NCBI RefSeq assembly: GCF_001194135.2
Contig: NC_068993.1
Coordinates: 15,959,714-16,023,713 of the forward strand
Source: Octopus bimaculoides
Lineage: Eukaryota
DNA: 64,000 nucleotides
Direction: 5' to 3'
Shown piece after piece: positions 1 through 12,578 of the stretch. Position 1 is the stretch's first letter. Each line of letters starts with the position of its first letter. Both the position numbers and the translations under genes were made by a program. Below the pieces are notes generated by a model, which saw nothing but the letters and a program-made list of their open reading frames with translations, had not been told where the DNA came from and made no database searches.

Positions 1-639
1 ATATGCTTCAAACACTTTTAGACAGTCAGCTTGTTAGTGGAAAATGTCTATGAGTGTAACTCCATTCTTTTAACTGTTTCATCCATTACAACGTAAAATC
101 ACATCGAAAGAAATATAACACAAAAGTAGGGGTATGAACGTATACGTGCCACGGAAGTTAGAATTAATTGATAAATTAAAATGAGGGACACACAATATTA
201 TGAGTTCCTTAAAAATTTACCAAGTAAGGTAATCAAAGTGACGGCCATATTGAAACAGCTTTCTTTGAAATGTTGCCTACTGCGGAAAAGAGAAAAATAC
301 ATGGAAATTAAACAATATACGATTATCGATATAAAAGTGTGTATAGTAGTTATGTCTAGAAAATGAATTAGCAGTAGTCTTGTAGGAAATCTTCACTGGA
401 CATTTATGTGTGTGTATATGTGTGCGTGTACACAGTATAAGCCTGGAGCTTAACCCCCTCACACACACACTCACATATGCAGTCAAATTACTGAAACTAG
501 CAAAAGAATAAAAGATTAACGAATATATATGCATATATATATATATAAGAGAGAGAGATTCTGGTGTTTGTTCATTTAGTTCTCTCCCAAAATGAAAGTA
601 ACTGGTTCAAGGGATGCTTTTATGCTTTTTTCTATATCT

Positions 640-930
640 CCTATTATGTTATTGCCTAATTTGCCTCAACAAAATTATGCAACGGTACAACACCAATTGC
701 GCACAATCCTATGAGGAACTGCATTGTGGCAAATATTCGTACTGGTTGTCATAAAGGTGATACCGTCTTCGTTCCTCGCATACCACTTATACCAGTTTCT
801 GGAGAGATTACATCTTTCCTTTGGTGGCATAATTTTTTTCAATACTGTAAAGCAAAGATTATGAACAAAGAGGAAATAGTACAGTAATCTCTATTTTTGT
901 AAGCAGTTGTATGTATGCGTTATATAATTG
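640..930 (+). mobile_element. Helitron RepHel remnant (PIF1-like helicase C-terminal motifs), frameshifted
   Basis: Manual translation gives PIMLLPNLPQ, a frameshift, then KLCNGTTPIAHNPMRNCIVANIRTGCHKGDTVFVPRIPLIP, followed by AKIMNK and KQLYVCV. These match in order the Helitron motifs PIMLLRNL..KLCNGTRL, ILTG..KG..VFIPRIPLIP, AMTINKSQG and GQLYVA. Weaker similarity may extend upstream to about 180. Confidence 0.8.
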
Positions 931-1344
931 CCATTACTGTATCAATAAATAAAATAACACATACAACTCATTTATTGTCATATAATAAACAAATAGAAGT
1001 TCATGTTTGAATTTTATTTTTTTCTTCTTCAATTATTACATATTTTTCTCTTATAAAAACAGGAGGAGTAAATTATATATATAATAATACTTTGAATGTG
1101 GCTCCCGAGAAACAGCAAAAGTAATTATCCGATCAACGACGGGTATTACTGATAGTATATATATATTATACCAGTACATTATCGGTTTTTAATAAGCATA
1201 TATCAATAAAGCATTCAGTTTTCAAAGAATTTGGTTTACTATATCCAACAATCAGACACCACTAAATGTAAGTAGAATATACATCCAAGGTAATTCCTCA
1301 GGTATGACAAGTATCATTTCGAAGAATTTTGAGAAATTCAGAGT

Positions 1345-1685
1345 ATATTCAACAAGAATACATATAGAGAAAATCACATCTTTATTGGAGAATTCACCTT
1401 ATAAAGCCGACAATTTTCTACATACAGATATAGAAAATAGCATTGAAATTAATATTTCCGAAAATATATGTTAACAAAACGTTTTCAAGTTGATCCAAAA
1501 TTAGTGAATTTCACTTATTTTGTATCGCCTTGAAAACGTTGTTTAACATGTATTTTCGGAAATGATAATTTCAATGATATTTTCTGTATCACTATATGTT
1601 ACTGCAATAGAAACAATTATTGGTTTTATATGGTGAATTCGTCAATAAAGATGTGATGTTCTCTATACGTATTTTTGTTATCTAA
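1345..1685. repeat. Foldback inverted repeat (MITE-like), arms about 165 bp, almost no spacer
   Basis: Left arm CATTGAAATTAATATTTCCGAAAATATATGTTAACAAAACGTTTTCAAG matches the reverse complement of the right arm, CATTGAAATTATCATTTCCGAAAATACATGTTAAACAACGTTTTCAAG. Matching continues inward to about 1509 and outward through ATCACATCTTTATTG. Confidence 0.9.
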
Positions 1686-1779
1686 ATATATATGTGTGTA
1701 TATATGAGTGTATACATACATGTACATATATATTTATATACATATATGTCGTGTGTGTGCGTGTTAAATAAAAGCTAAG

Positions 1780-1990
1780 GTTGTGTGGAATTTATAGGAC
1801 ATTCATATATAGAAAGGTAGTCTTACAGATGTTTCTGGGATATTAGGGATGTCCCTTCATCAGAGACAATATGAGACAGTTAACTAGAGGGAAATTGTAG
1901 AGTTCAATATAAGGAGTTCTTCTGGAACAGGATATATACAGGAAGTATAAAAGGAAATAAGAGAATAAAAATAAAAGTAAAAATATATGT
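1780..1990 (-). mobile_element. Penelope-like terminal-repeat fragment carrying a hammerhead motif
   Basis: A short non-coding segment surrounds a minimal hammerhead. This context is typical of PLE terminal repeats. Boundaries are approximate. Confidence 0.45.
1820..1867 (-). ncRNA. Minimal type I hammerhead ribozyme motif
   Basis: The minus strand reads GUCU CUGAUGA A GGGA(CAUCCCUAAUA)UCCC A GAA ACAUCUGU A AGAC. Stem I is GUCU/AGAC, both core boxes are intact, stem II is GGGA/UCCC, stem III is near-palindromic, and the cleavage triplet is GUA. An A.A apposition at the base of stem II is non-canonical. Confidence 0.65.
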
Positions 1991-2031
1991 AGGATGTTAC
2001 AGTTTCAGTTATATATATATATATATATATA

Positions 2032-2073
2032 TGGGCTTCTTCCAGTTTCCTTCTACCAAATCAACTCACAAGA
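2032..2073 (-). mobile_element. SINE family E fragment, truncated by a gap
   Basis: CAGTTTCCTTCTACCAAATCAACTCACAAG matches the copy near 15995-16025. Confidence 0.55.
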
Positions 2074-2554
2074 CNNNNNNNNNNNNNNNNNNNNNNNNNN
2101 NNNNNNNNNNNNNNNNNNNNNNNNNNNNNNNNNNNNNNNNNNNNNNNNNNNNNNNNNNNNNNNNNNNNNNNNNNNNNNNNNNNNNNNNNNNNNNNNNNNN
2201 NNNNNNNNNNNNNNNNNNNNNNNNNNNNNNNNNNNNNNNNNNNNNNNNNNNNNNNNNNNNNNNNNNNNNNNNNNNNNNNNNNNNNNNNNNNNNNNNNNNN
2301 NNNNNNNNNNNNNNNNNNNNNNNNNNNNNNNNNNNNNNNNNNNNNNNNNNNNNNNNNNNNNNNNNNNNNNNNNNNNNNNNNNNNNNNNNNNNNNNNNNNN
2401 NNNNNNNNNNNNNNNNNNNNNNNNNNNNNNNNNNNNNNNNNNNNNNNNNNNNNNNNNNNNNNNNNNNNNNNNNNNNNNNNNNNNNNNNNNNNNNNNNNNN
2501 NNNNNNNNNNNNNNNNNNNNNNNNNNNNNNNNNNNNNNNNNNNNNNNNNNNNNN

Positions 2555-2929
2555 TATATATATATATATATATATATATACATAGCGAGAGAGAGAGAGA
2601 GAGAGAGAAAGAAAGGGAGAGAAAGAGATAGGGGAGTTAGATAGATAGATAGATAGATAGATGCGAAGAGGGCGACAATTTACATATTCTTATGAACTAA
2701 CTTGAGGTATATGTTTATATATTCAAACTTAGGGAAGATAATATTTCGAGAGTTTTCTAAATACATAGATATAGTGTTTGAATGGAAAATAAACAGCTAC
2801 GAAGATTGATGGGCAGTCAGACGGAAAGACGAACAGAACAGGCAGACAAACGGATATGAAAGGGAGAGTGCGTCTGTGTACAGCATGATTGATAAATAGA
2901 CAGACAGACATATAGATGGACAGACAGAC

Positions 2930-3003
<74 letters not shown>

Positions 3004-3131
3004 GCAAATTGGAAGAGCGAGACAGATTGGAAGAAATGCAGTATGATCGATGAATAGAGAGATGTACTATTAAACAGATGGATACATAGGGATATATATT
3101 GAGCGAGATGGGTAAATAGATAGACTGACTA

Positions 3132-3218
<87 letters not shown>

Positions 3219-3225
3219 CGATAAA
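2555..3225. repeat. Compound (TA)n/(GA)n/(GATA)n/(GACA)n microsatellite
   Basis: Direct reading. Confidence 0.95.
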
Positions 3226-4169
3226 CGTAAGGATTCAAAGGATACTATTAAATTAAAAAAATCAAATTAANNNNNNNNNNNNNNNNNNNNNNNNNNNNNN
3301 NNNNNNNNNNNNNNNNNNNNNNNNNNNNNNNNNNNNNNNNNNNNNNNNNNNNNNNNNNNNNNNNNNNNNNNNNNNNNNNNNNNNNNNNNNNNNNNNNNNN
3401 NNNNNNNNNNNNNNNNNNNNNNNNNNNNNNNNNNNNNNNNNNNNNNNNNNNNNNNNNNNNNNNNNNNNNNNNNNNNNNNNNNNNNNNNNNNNNNNNNNNN
3501 NNNNNNNNNNNNNNNNNNNNNNNNNNNNNNNNNNNNNNNNNNNNNNNNNNNNNNNNNNNNNNNNNNNNNNNNNNNNNNNNNNNNNNNNNNNNNNNNNNNN
3601 NNNNNNNNNNNNNNNNNNNNNNNNNNNNNNNNNNNNNNNNNNNNNNNNNNNNNNNNNNNNNNNNNNNNNNNNNNNNNNNNNNNNNNNNNNNNNNNNNNNN
3701 NNNNNNNNNNNNNNNNNNNNNNNNNNNNNNNNNNNNNNNNNNNNNNNNNNNNNNNNNNNNNNNNNNNNNNNNNNNNNNNNNNNNNNNNNNNNNNNNNNNN
3801 NNNNNNNNNNNNNNNNNNNNNNNNNNNNNNNNNNNNNNNNNNNNNNNNNNNNNNNNNNNNNNNNNNNNNNNNNNNNNNNNNNNNNNNNNNNNNNNNNNNN
3901 NNNNNNNNNNNNNNNNNNNNNNNNNNNNNNNNNNNNNNNNNNNNNNNNNNNNNNNNNNNNNNNNNNNNNNNNNNNNNNNNNNNNNNNNNNNNNNNNNNNN
4001 NNNNNNNNNNNNNNNNNNNNNNNNNNNNNTATATATATATATATATATATATATGTATACACATACATACACTTAAATACACACGTACTATAGTGTTGAT
4101 GTTGTCGATGATGGATGATGAGAAAAGGGTTAATGCAACCATTATGTTGTTATTTTTAAAATTGTTATT

Positions 4170-4717
4170 TATTTAAGTTGTTGTTGTTGTTGTTGTTGTC
4201 GTTTGGGGGGGGGCGTTGCTGTTAATGATGACGTAATCGCTGGGGTCGTTATTGTTGTTCTCGTTATTAAATATTCCTGTTGCTTGACTGTCATTAGTTC
4301 TACAGAAATGATGATTATGGTGGTGGTGTGGTGTTGACCATGATGATGATGATAACGAGGAGGATGAGGAGGAGGAGGAGTATGATGATGCAGATGAGGA
4401 GGAGGGTGATGCAGATGCAGATGATCATGACGATAGTGACGAAACGTATCATCGTCATCATCGTCATCTTCCTCAATGGTTCGCAACGATGATTGTGCAG
4501 AATATTTTACATAGTGATGATGTCAATGACGATGATGATGACGACGACCACGTCGATGATGATGATGATGATGATTATGATGAAGATGATGATGATGATG
4601 ATGATGACGACGACGATGATGATGATGATGATGACAACGACGATGACGACGACGATGATGATGATGATGAAGTTGATGATAATGATGATGATGATGATTA
4701 TTATGATGACGACGATT

Positions 4718-4751
<34 letters not shown>

Positions 4752-4928
4752 CAATGATGATGACGACGACGGTAAAGATGACTATGTACCGTGCCATAGG
4801 GCTGCTGGTGGTTTTCCTCAGAGTTGCTCTTCATGGAAGTATTTCATTAAAATAACCTTCAAGTATTTGTTGAAGACAAAATTATTACATCAACGAAAAA
4901 TAGGCAATTTAACAACAACAACAACAAC

Positions 4929-4968
<40 letters not shown>

Positions 4969-4970
4969 TA
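4170..4970. repeat. Compound trinucleotide tract (TTG, GAG, GAT/GAC, AAC, AAT)
   Basis: Direct reading. It explains the poly-D, poly-M, poly-H and poly-I ORFs. Confidence 0.95.
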
Positions 4971-5201
4971 CTGTACAATTTAAATCAAGATTACATTTCA
5001 AATAATGCCAAATAAATATAATTAAAAACAGAATATATTTGCTGTAATGGAACTTTGGATGAAATTATACTTAAGAAAAACTAAATAAAGGTCGATCACT
5101 TTTATATATTATTGCTGTAGTGTTGTAGTAGTAATAGTAGTAGTTGCTGTTCTTGTTGTTGTTGTTGAGAATATGATCTTGACAGTTATGATGTCGTTGG
5201 T

Positions 5202-5243
<42 letters not shown>

Positions 5244-5409
5244 GTGATGATGAACATGAAGATGCTGACGAAAAAGGTTATTGGGGTCAGCACGGTGGTG
5301 ATGGTGGGAAAACTGATTAAGACATCACATTTTGTAAGTCTTACGCATGCTTGCATACACACGTGTGCATGTACACACACACGCACATTTAAATGTATCT
5401 ATCTATCTA

Positions 5410-5454
<45 letters not shown>

Positions 5455-7350
5455 NNNNNNNNNNNNNNNNNNNNNNNNNNNNNNNNNNNNNNNNNNNNNN
5501 NNNNNNNNNNNNNNNNNNNNNNNNNNNNNNNNNNNNNNNNNNNNNNNNNNNNNNNNNNNNNNNNNNNNNNNNNNNNNNNNNNNNNNNNNNNNNNNNNNNN
5601 NNNNNNNNNNNNNNNNNNNNNNNNNNNNNNNNNNNNNNNNNNNNNNNNNNNNNNNNNNNNNNNNNNNNNNNNNNNNNNNNNNNNNNNNNNNNNNNNNNNN
5701 NNNNNNNNNNNNNNNNNNNNNNNNNNNNNNNNNNNNNNNNNNNNNNNNNNNNNNNNNNNNNNNNNNNNNNNNNNNNNNNNNNNNNNNNNNNNNNNNNNNN
5801 NNNNNNNNTATATATATATATATATATACACACCCGCACACATGTTTTTCGTATCTTGGGGTGTATAGTAGTATTGCAAACTATGGTTGCGGCGGATGTT
5901 ATTGAGCGCATGAAGCTGTTGCTGAATTTGCGAATACTTAGCAGTAAAGTGACTGCATCAAAAAAACCCATGTAATTACATAGCTATGTATGTAAACTAT
6001 TACGTATATATGTGCGTATAATTTTATACATGCGTGTACGGGAGTGTGTGCGAGCGTTTTGTGATGCGCATGGGTATTATGTCTGTGAATGTATGTGAGA
6101 GGCGTGAGTGTGTGCCTCTATGTGTAGAAAAAATAATTTCATTTGTAATTAGTTAGCATAGTTGGAAATTTTATATATTTATATAATATATAATTTAACG
6201 CGCATCCATATGTGTGTATGTATGTACGAGTGTTTTGTTGTGTTAGCAGCATTGAAAATACGCATGGTTTATATGCATAACTGCGTATACATACGCGCAC
6301 ACATATACACATATATTTTATAGACATACATATCCATATATATATATTCGTACATAAATATGTGTATATATATACATATATACATACATATATATATATA
6401 TGTGTGTATATATATATATANNNNNNNNNNNNNNNNNNNNNNNNNNNNNNNNNNNNNNNNNNNNNNNNNNNNNNNNNNNNNNNNNNNNNNNNNNNNNNNN
6501 NNNNNNNNNNNNNNNNNNNNNNNNNNNNNNNNNNNNNNNNNNNNNNNNNNNNNNNNNNNNNNNNNNNNNNNNNNNNNNNNNNNNNNNNNNNNNNNNNNNN
6601 NNNNNNNNNNNNNNNNNNNNNNNNNNNNNNNNNNNNNNNNNNNNNNNNNNNNNNNNNNNNNNNNNNNNNNNNNNNNNNNNNNNNNNNNNNNNNNNNNNNN
6701 NNNNNNNNNNNNNNNNNNNNNNNNNNNNNNNNNNNNNNNNNNNNNNNNNNNNNNNNNNNNNNNNNNNNNNNNNNNNNNNNNNNNNNNNNNNNNNNNNNNN
6801 NNNNNNNNNNNNNNNNNNNNNNNNNNNNNNNNNNNNNNNNNNNNNNNNNNNNNNNNNNNNNNNNNNNNNNNNNNNNNNNNNNNNNNNNNNNNNNNNNNNN
6901 NNNNNNNNNNNNNNNNNNNNNNNNNNNNNNNNNNNNNNNNNNNNNNNNNNNNNNNNNNNNNNNNNNNNNNNNNNNNNNNNNNNNNNNNNNNNNNNNNNNN
7001 NNNNNNNNNNNNNNNNNNNNNNNNNNNNNNNNNNNNNNNNNNNNNNNNNNNNNNNNNNNNNNNNNNNNNNNNNNNNNNNNNNNNNNNNNNNNNNNNNNNN
7101 NNNNNNNNNNNNNNNNNNNNNNNNNNNNNNNNNNNNNNNNNNNNNNNNNNNNNNNNNNNNNNNNNNNNNNNNNNNNNNNNNNNNNNNNNNNNNNNNNNNN
7201 NNNNNNNNNNNNNNNNNNNNNNNNNNNNNNNNNNNNNNNNNNNNNNNNNNNNNNNNNNNNNNNNNGGCAGGGAATCGTCAATTAGTAATAAAATTAATAA
7301 TTAACAATTTTGCCGGGTAGCTCAGTATGAAAAAACCTTTGATATTTATG

Positions 7351-7386
<36 letters not shown>

Positions 7387-8388
7387 CATATACGCGCATT
7401 CGTTCAATATATACATAAGAATATCTGTTAATGCCTTTATGTGCAAGTATAGGTTTAGATAGATGTGCGCACGTCCATCTATGTCGTACACTGAGGCATA
7501 CATGAACGCAAAACTTACTTTGAAATGCACAAGTATGCACACAAAATCAAATACATGTTGATTTCATACGACAAATCTCACGTATATTTATGTATATCTA
7601 TGTATATTTTTGTATGAATGTAGCGGTATGTAAATATGTTTCTATATGTGTGTGGAAGTATGTGTGATCGTATCTATTTTATCGCAAACGCTAGTCTATA
7701 ATTGTAAATGCATGAACGGTGCAGAGTATGTAAGAAATAGATAGAGAGAGCAACAGCGAGAGGGGAAAATGCAGGTTTATAATTGTAAGCGCATGAAATG
7801 CGTATAGAAAAAATAGAGTATAAGAGAGTATGGGAGAGTGAAAATAAGTGACAGAAACCGGAAGAATGACGGAGAGAGAGAGTGTGTGTGTGAGAGAGAG
7901 GGATAGAGTTAGTGACAATGAAAGAGTGATAGTACCAATGAGAGGAGGAATAAGAAAGAGGGGAATCTGTGAGAGAAAGAGAGAAAGTGAGGACAGCTAT
8001 GGATTGAAAGTGAGCGCGTGCAGAGAAGCGAGATTAAAAATTCAAAAAATGTAATGCAGAATTTAAACATTTCTATAATTATCTCGACGCGTTTGGACCT
8101 CAGGCCAAATTGTTGTATGACATGATACGGAGTTGCTTTTGAGAGAAAACTTTTACATAAGTGTCTCTTTGCGCGTGCACAACAAACCAACTACACATGC
8201 GTAGTTATACACACAGACAGAGGCACACAGATACACGTACATGCAAATAAAAATACACATACACGCATGCATACATATACGTGTGAGTGTATGTTTACAT
8301 GTGTGCATAACTCTCTATCCCTCTCTTTCTTTCTATATATATATATGTACACACACACAAACATGTATATATATAACTNNNNNNNNNN

Positions 8389-8421
<33 letters not shown>

Positions 8422-8732
8422 GCATGTATATATATGTATATATATATGCATATATATATATATATATGTATATAAGTGTACGTATGTATGTAAGCATGTA
8501 TGATTATGTGTGTTTATATATATGAAGGTGTGTATGATGTAGGTGTGTTATTGTGCACTTTCATATGTACGTACATATATATATAATATATACATAGATA
8601 CATAAATGCACATATACACGTATATACATGCAACGAATATGTTTACGTGTATGTGTGCTTGAATATGCATTATAAGTATCTATGCACATATACATGAACA
8701 TATGTATATATGCAATCATACATAAAAGCATA

Positions 8733-8784
<52 letters not shown>

Positions 8785-8818
8785 CACACACCCACACACA
8801 CACGCACANNNNNNNNNN

Positions 8819-8869
<51 letters not shown>

Positions 8870-9205
8870 ATATATATATACAACAAATATATATGCATAC
8901 ATGCAAATACATATGTTAAAACGTACATATGCATGTTAGCATATGCATCTTTGCTTACAGATACGTAGTTGCATGTGTGAGTCTTATATGCAAAGTGCAT
9001 ATAATTATATATAAACGCCGGCTTATACATCGATCACAACTTAATTGTATGAGAGCAATCTGTACACACATCAATTTTTACGTATGCAGAAGGGTTCGCT
9101 CTGGGAGTGTATATAATTATACCTATGTATCTCTGTATTAAAGTATAAATATATGCACATATGTATATGTACGCATGTATAAACCTATATATATACATAA
9201 CTATA

Positions 9206-9262
<57 letters not shown>

Positions 9263-9704
9263 CTATATGTGCATATATATATATATTAGTGTTTGTTTAC
9301 AGATTTTTTACTACTTAGTGTGTGTTATATGCGTATACATGCGTGTTTGTGTATGTGTGTGGATTTTGGTAAGAATTTCATTCCTTCGCATCTCTTTTTT
9401 CCCTTACATTCTTCAAGTGACATCTTTACCAAGCAATTTTATCCAAAGCACACACACCCTCTCTCTCCCCATTCACTCTTTCCCCCCTCATTGCTCACTC
9501 CTTCTCTCGCCTTACTTTCTCTCTTTTCTTTTATCTCCACCTACTTTTCTATTTATCTATCTCTGTCTTGACTTTCTTTCAATCTCTCTCTTTCTCTGTC
9601 TGTCTCTCTCCCCTCTCTCTATCTTTCTCGCTCTCTCTTTGGCTATCTCTTTATGTATTGACATACATCCATAAAAATGCGCATATATGTATATGTATTA
9701 CTTT

Positions 9705-9746
9705 AGATAGATAGATAGATAGATAGGTAGATAGATAGATAGCTAA

Positions 9747-9815
<69 letters not shown>

Positions 9816-10043
9816 GAGTGGGGGAGATATATAGGCAGTAGCAGTATGTTCACACTTGTACGAATTGCAGAAAGGTACTCCGTATTATTTCGCATAAATG
9901 AAATTATTCTTTCTTTAAAGTCAAGTTTCCCTGAAGGATTACTCGGAGTTTCTTGCTGAAGATGAGAAACTAGAAAACTAGAAACTCCTTGTGACAACTT
10001 ACAAGATAAACAGTGTGTGTATGTATGTCTCTCTCTCTCTTTT

Positions 10044-10097
<54 letters not shown>

Positions 10098-10153
10098 TCT
10101 CTCTCTCTCTCCCTCGCAGAGCTAACGAGAGAAAGAGAGGCATAGATAGATAC

Positions 10154-10184
<31 letters not shown>

Positions 10185-10397
10185 CGTAGATAGGTATTAT
10201 GTATGTATGTATGTATGTATGTATGTATGTATGTATGTATGTGGGTAGGTAGGTAGGCAGGCAGGCAGGCAGGTATGTATGTATGTATGTATGTAGGTAG
10301 GTAGGTAGGTAGGTAGGTAGGTAGGTAGGTAGGTAGGTAGAAAGGTAGGTAAGTAGGCAGGTAGGTAGGTAGCTAGGTAGCTAGATATATAAATAGT

Positions 10398-10431
<34 letters not shown>

Positions 10432-10437
10432 CATACA

Positions 10438-10469
<32 letters not shown>

Positions 10470-10490
10470 CGTACATAGAAATAGATATAG
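9705..10490. repeat. Compound tetranucleotide arrays (TAGA, TC, CATA, TATG, TAGG, CAGG)
   Basis: Direct reading. Confidence 0.95.
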
Positions 10491-10704
10491 AACACGCACA
10501 CATGCAAGTATACAAATATAAATATACAAGTGCGTGTAAATGTGCGTGCGCATATTTTCTCCATCTCCTTTTTTAACTACGCTAATATATATTCTACACC
10601 TTCTCCGCAATCTTTTACATCAATTTTTATTTTAAACACCTCACTCATATTCAGGTTTCTGTCTTTTCCTTATTTGCTGAAATATACATACATACATACA
10701 TACA

Positions 10705-10766
<62 letters not shown>

Positions 10767-10929
10767 AATNNNNNNNNNNNNNNNNNNNNNNNNNATATAT
10801 ATATATATATATACACACACTTAGACAACATTCTTGGAATTGTTTTGTTTTAACTGCAAACTACGTCTTAGAATTTCCTCTTTCTTGTGTTGCAAGAATT
10901 TACCGTTGCTGTTGTTGTTTGTTTCCCAT

Positions 10930-11970
10930 TCTCGAACTCGTAATATCTGTTGTTACTTTTATTCTTCTTGTCTTCCTTCTTTATTCTTCGAGAGTTTAGT
11001 TCCTCTTTGTCTTCTCTCATTTTCGACTTCTAGTATCTTTTCTCTTTCTCCTTCCTTTTTCTTCTACATCTTTCCACGTCTCCTTTCTCTTCGTTGTCTT
11101 CCTTCCCGTCGTCTTCTTGTTCTTCTTATTTCTTCCTCCTTTACTATTCCTCACTCTTTCTTCGCATTTTTCGTCATCTTCTCCTTTGTCTTGTTTAGGG
11201 ATCATCATCATTATCGTCATCATCTTGTTCTTTTCCTTCTTCTTCTCCATCTTCATGCTTCTCTTATGCTCCACAATTTTCATGTCTTGTTTCTTCTTCT
11301 TCTTCTTCTTCTTCTTCTTCTTCTTCTTCTTCTTCTTCTCCCCTCCTCCCCTTTCCCATCATATTTTCTAGTAATTTTCGTTCCCTTCTTTTCCTTCCAC
11401 TCACTCCTCCTAAATTTTCTGGATCTTTTCTTTTCCTTTCTTCTTCGTCTTCCTTCTCTTCTCTTTTTCATTTTCTCTTTTTCATCTTCTCTTCTTTCAC
11501 TTCTATTTTCTTTTTCTACTTTTTTTCTTCATCTTCTTTTCCACCTCCTCCTCCTGAAGCTTCATCCTTCTGCACTTTCTTTCTCTTCCTCATTCTTCTT
11601 CTTCTTCTTCTTCTTCTTCTTCTTCTTCTTCTTCTTCTTCTTCTTTTTCTTCTTCCTCTTCTTCTTCTTCTTTTCTCCTCCTTTGCGCTCTCTTTCCCTT
11701 CCTCATTCTCCTTCCGCTTCTTTCTCTACCTCTTCTTCCCCTTCCCCTCCTTCTCCTCCACCACCTTCCCTCCAGCTTCGTTTTCACTCATTCCCTTCCT
11801 CATTCTGTTTCTTCTTCTTTCTGTACCACTTCTTCCCCTTCTTCTCCTCCTCCTTATCTCCTCCCTCTTCTGCACTTTCTTCTTCTTCATCTCCTTCTTC
11901 TTCTTCTCTTTCGTTTTCTTCTTTTTCTACTTCTTCTTTTCCTTCTACTTCCTCCCCTTCTTCTTCTTCT

Positions 11971-12009
<39 letters not shown>

Positions 12010-12190
12010 TCTACTTCTTCTATTTCCCCTTCTTCTCCTTCTTCTCCTTCTACTTCTCCTTTTTCTCCTTCTTCTCCTTCTCCTCTCCTCTTCCTCCTCC
12101 TACTGCATCTTCTTTCTCTTACTCAATATTTTTTCTCTTCTTCCAACCATTCCTCACCTTCTTCACCTGCTCGTACATCGTCTCCATCCT
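10930..12190. repeat. About 1.2-kb polypyrimidine/polypurine (CTT/CCT) low-complexity tract
   Basis: The plus strand is almost entirely C/T, with pure (CTT)n cores near 11290, 11595 and 11960. Confidence 0.95.
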
Positions 12191-12531
12191 TTTCTTCCAG
12201 TTGCTATCTGCGTTTCAGTTTAAGAATTTCATCAGAGGTATTAGCATGCGGTCATAGAGTAATTATGGTTTAGCATAACGCAGAATTTCTGCAGATTAAT
12301 GCAACAACCACACAACAGCGTGCACTGACAGGCAATGTATGCAGTCACGTGAGGATACATTTTGATGATGTTGCTACACCAATATTTCTTTTGTTTCTTT
12401 CATTAGTTTGTATTTATTACTTCTCTTCATATTTTGTTTAATTTCTTGTCGCGTGTTTACACACCCACCACCCGTATTCCTCGTCTAATTTCCCTATCTT
12501 TACTTTCTTTGATGTTATTATTACTATTATA

Positions 12532-12578
<47 letters not shown>

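Noticed and set aside
4489-4983. Asp-rich 164-aa ORF resembling an acidic biomineralisation protein
   Set aside because: It is a (GAT/GAC)n tract that is open in several frames, has no signal peptide, and has equivalent tracts at 50930-51700.
8191-9674. YIYI, HTHT, CVCV and LSIY ORFs here and throughout the window
   Set aside because: They are translations of TA, CA, TG and TCTA microsatellites.
9921-9980. QVSLKDYSEFLAEDEKLEN peptide as a terminal exon
   Set aside because: It has a weak AAG acceptor, is very short, and has no supporting neighbours.
10834-12273. 479-aa F/S/L-rich ORF
   Set aside because: A pyrimidine-only strand cannot form stop codons, and there is no domain or codon structure.
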